Positions 33,426-35,765 of a DNA stretch of 35,765 bases are shown here, piece by piece. A program made the translations under genes and the position numbers. The stretch lies in the NCBI GenBank assembly GCA_977017575.1, contig CDRNVI010000204.1:1-35765 (forward strand), given 5' to 3'. Position 1 is the first letter of the stretch. Each line of letters starts with the position of its first letter. Below the pieces are notes generated by a model. The model did no database searches. It worked only from the letters and a program-made list of their open reading frames with translations, and had not been told where the DNA came from. Source of the stretch: Paramoeba atlantica (Eukaryota > Protista > Discosea).

Positions 33426-34585
33426 AAAGAGATGGAGGTTTTTTCATTTTCTTTTTCCTTTTTTTCAATTTTTTGTTTATTTTCAGTTGATTTATTAACA
33501 CCTTCTCTTTCTCCTCCCTCTCTTTCTCTTTCTTTTAGTCTCTGGGAACACAAAATGTCGGGGGGTGTTCTTATTCCCAATTTTTCGCTTTGATTTTAAT
33601 TCTCCTCCTTTCGAACCTTTTTTTCGATTTGCTCCCACAAGACCAATATTATATGACTCTCTCTCTTCTTTCTCTCTCCTCTCCTCCTCTCCCTCACTTC
33701 CACTCTCCCTTTGTCTGTTTCTTATCTCTCTTCTTTCTTCTTCTCTTTCTTTTCTTCCTTTTCTTTCTTTCTTCATCTCTCAATTTTGTTGTTTCTTTTT
33801 GTTTTTGATGTGGGGGGGAATTTTCTCAATTCTGATCCATTTGTAGAAATACAATTTCTCAATGTTTTTATCAAAATAAAATTTCATTTTTCCCGAAATT
33901 GTGTTTCTCTCATTCAATCAACCAAAATATGAATTCCTCCTCCAACAACAAAAAAAAAGAAAAAAAAAGTTGTTTTTGAGCTTTGAAAGAGTGTTCTTGT
34001 TGAGTTTGGGTATTATTCATTCCACCAAATAAAAAGATGAATCAACAAAAATTTCAACAAAAAGACCGGGCAACAAAAAAGAATCATTTCTTTTTAACAA
34101 CAACAAAATTTGAAGAAAACAAAAAAAGAAAAATAATTTCAATCAAAAAAAAACAGAAGAGGAAGAGAAGAGGAGATCAAAAACACAAAACACAACAACA
34201 CAACAACAAAACTCAAAAATGAAGAGGAGAAACAAAATTAAAGAAAACTGTTTTTGAAGAAGACGAAGGATCAAAAATTGAATCAAAAATTGGAAGAAGA
34301 AGAATGATGATGATTTTGGGGGGGAAGAAGAAGACCACACCACACCACAACAGAGACTAAAAAGGAGAAAAGGGAGGAGGGGAGGAAGGGGAGGAAGGGG
34401 GAAAAGAGAAAAGAAGAGAAAAAAATTAACTTCTTGTTTTTAATTTTCTTCAAACAAAAAAGGAAAACAAAAAGAAAAAAGAAAGAAAAAAATTGATACA
34501 AAATAATAAAATAAAACAAATCAAATCAAAAAAGAGAAAAAAAAGAGAAAGAAAATGAAAAAAAAAATCAAACCTTTTCCTTCAC

Positions 34586-35765
34586 TCAGTTCCAAAATTC
34601 AATTGACTTTTTGTTATAATCTGAAACAATAATTGTTCCAAATGAATCAACAACAACCCCATAAGGATTCACCATGTGAGGTTTACCAAATGAAAAAAGA
34701 AATGTTCCATCTTTCTCAAACACACTCACTCTTTCATTTCCTCTATCACAAACAACAATTCTACCTTCCCCATCCACATCAACACCTCCTGGACCTTTGA
34801 ATTGAGAATCACCTGAACCTCTTGTTCCAAAACATCGAATAAAATTCCCTTCAATATCCATCACTTGAATTCGATGATTCCCAAACTCACAAATAACAAT
34901 ATTCCCATCTCTATCAACTCCAACCCGTCTGGTTGATCAAATTGACCTTCAGAAGAACCTTTTGAACCAAAAGAATGAAGAAAAGATCCATCATTATCAA
35001 ACACTTGAATTCGATGATTGTAAGTATCAACAACAATAATTCTACCTTCTTCATCCACATCCACACCACATGGGGTCTCAAACTGACCATCTTCAGAACC
35101 TCTTGATCCAAAAGATTTGATCAATTCTCCTTCTTTGTTTAATATTACAACTCTCCGACAATATTGAGAATAATCAAGAACAACAATTTGATCATTCAAT
35201 CCAATTGAAACATCAACAGGTTTCAAATGAAGTGAATCAATTGTTTTCTGAATTGTTGATTCAATCATCTCATTTCCTTCTTTATCTCTCACTCTCAATC
35301 CATCCTCCACCCATTCACAAATAAAAATATTCCCATCACTGTTCACACTCACTCCACAAGGTTCATTCTTCAAGGGAAAAGAAGAAACTAAACAAAAAGA
35401 ATCACCACCACCATCACAACAAATCACTCCTTTCTTTCCAAATAATCTGTCAACACCTCCTTCAGAAACAATATCATTTGCAGTTTGAAGAAGAGTTGAA
35501 AAAAGTTGATCATCAAAAAAGAGAGAAACATCACAATCAGTTGTTGTTGATGTTGTTGTTGGTGTGTTGGATAAACGAATAATTGAATCTTTTCTTATTC
35601 TCAAATCTTCTTTCTCCAATTCTATTTCTTTCTTTTCAATTCTTTTCTTTTCTAATTTCTCTTCTAATTCTTTCATTTCTTTTTCAATTCTTTTTCTTTT
35701 CTTTTCAATCTCAATCAATCTTTTCTCCAATCTATCTCCAATCTTTACAACTTCATTCCTTTTCT
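34586..35765 (-). pseudogene. TRIM-NHL-like paralog c8, 5'-partial, with a 1-nt frameshift in NHL blade 4 (real lesion or homopolymer error)
   Basis: Coiled coil plus NHL frame runs to ...GQFDQPDG, then shifts at the C3 run 34924-34926. The remainder (ICEFGNHRIQVMDIEG...EFWN*) continues in another frame to TGA at 34586. Confidence 0.75.

Noticed and set aside
46-35400. Regularly spaced conserved and variable units as a CRISPR-like array
   Set aside because: The periodicity is the ~47-aa NHL blade repeat inside open reading frames; there are no cas genes and the context is eukaryotic.

Overview
AT-rich eukaryotic genomic DNA with the standard code, short GT-AG introns and purine/pyrimidine low-complexity spacers. 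It is probably from a protist; this is inferred and the organism cannot be named from the sequence. Most short ORFs in the six-frame track are low-complexity noise. The window holds eight paralogous TRIM-NHL-like genes (c1-c8: RING, B-box, B-box, coiled coil, six-bladed NHL propeller) in two clusters of four. Between the clusters are four single-copy genes: a miniature LUC7, a divergent 14-3-3-like gene, a DUF3533/SNG1-like membrane protein and an AIFM2/FSP1-like oxidoreductase. All 12 genes strictly alternate strand. The main candidate novel system is the TRIM-NHL family. The propeller framework is nearly identical between copies at DNA level, while two short sites per blade are hypervariable; by analogy to known NHL domains these form the ligand-binding top face. 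There are signs of exchange between paralogs and between blades. This looks like a diversifying, immune-like repertoire of substrate-recognising E3 ligases. The right cluster also carries a 754-bp MITE, a 2411-bp CAC-ended TIR element, a 3892-bp non-autonomous Ty3/gypsy element with near-identical LTRs and a probable solo LTR. The TIR and gypsy elements both interrupt exon 1 of c6, whose reading frame is restored when they are removed.
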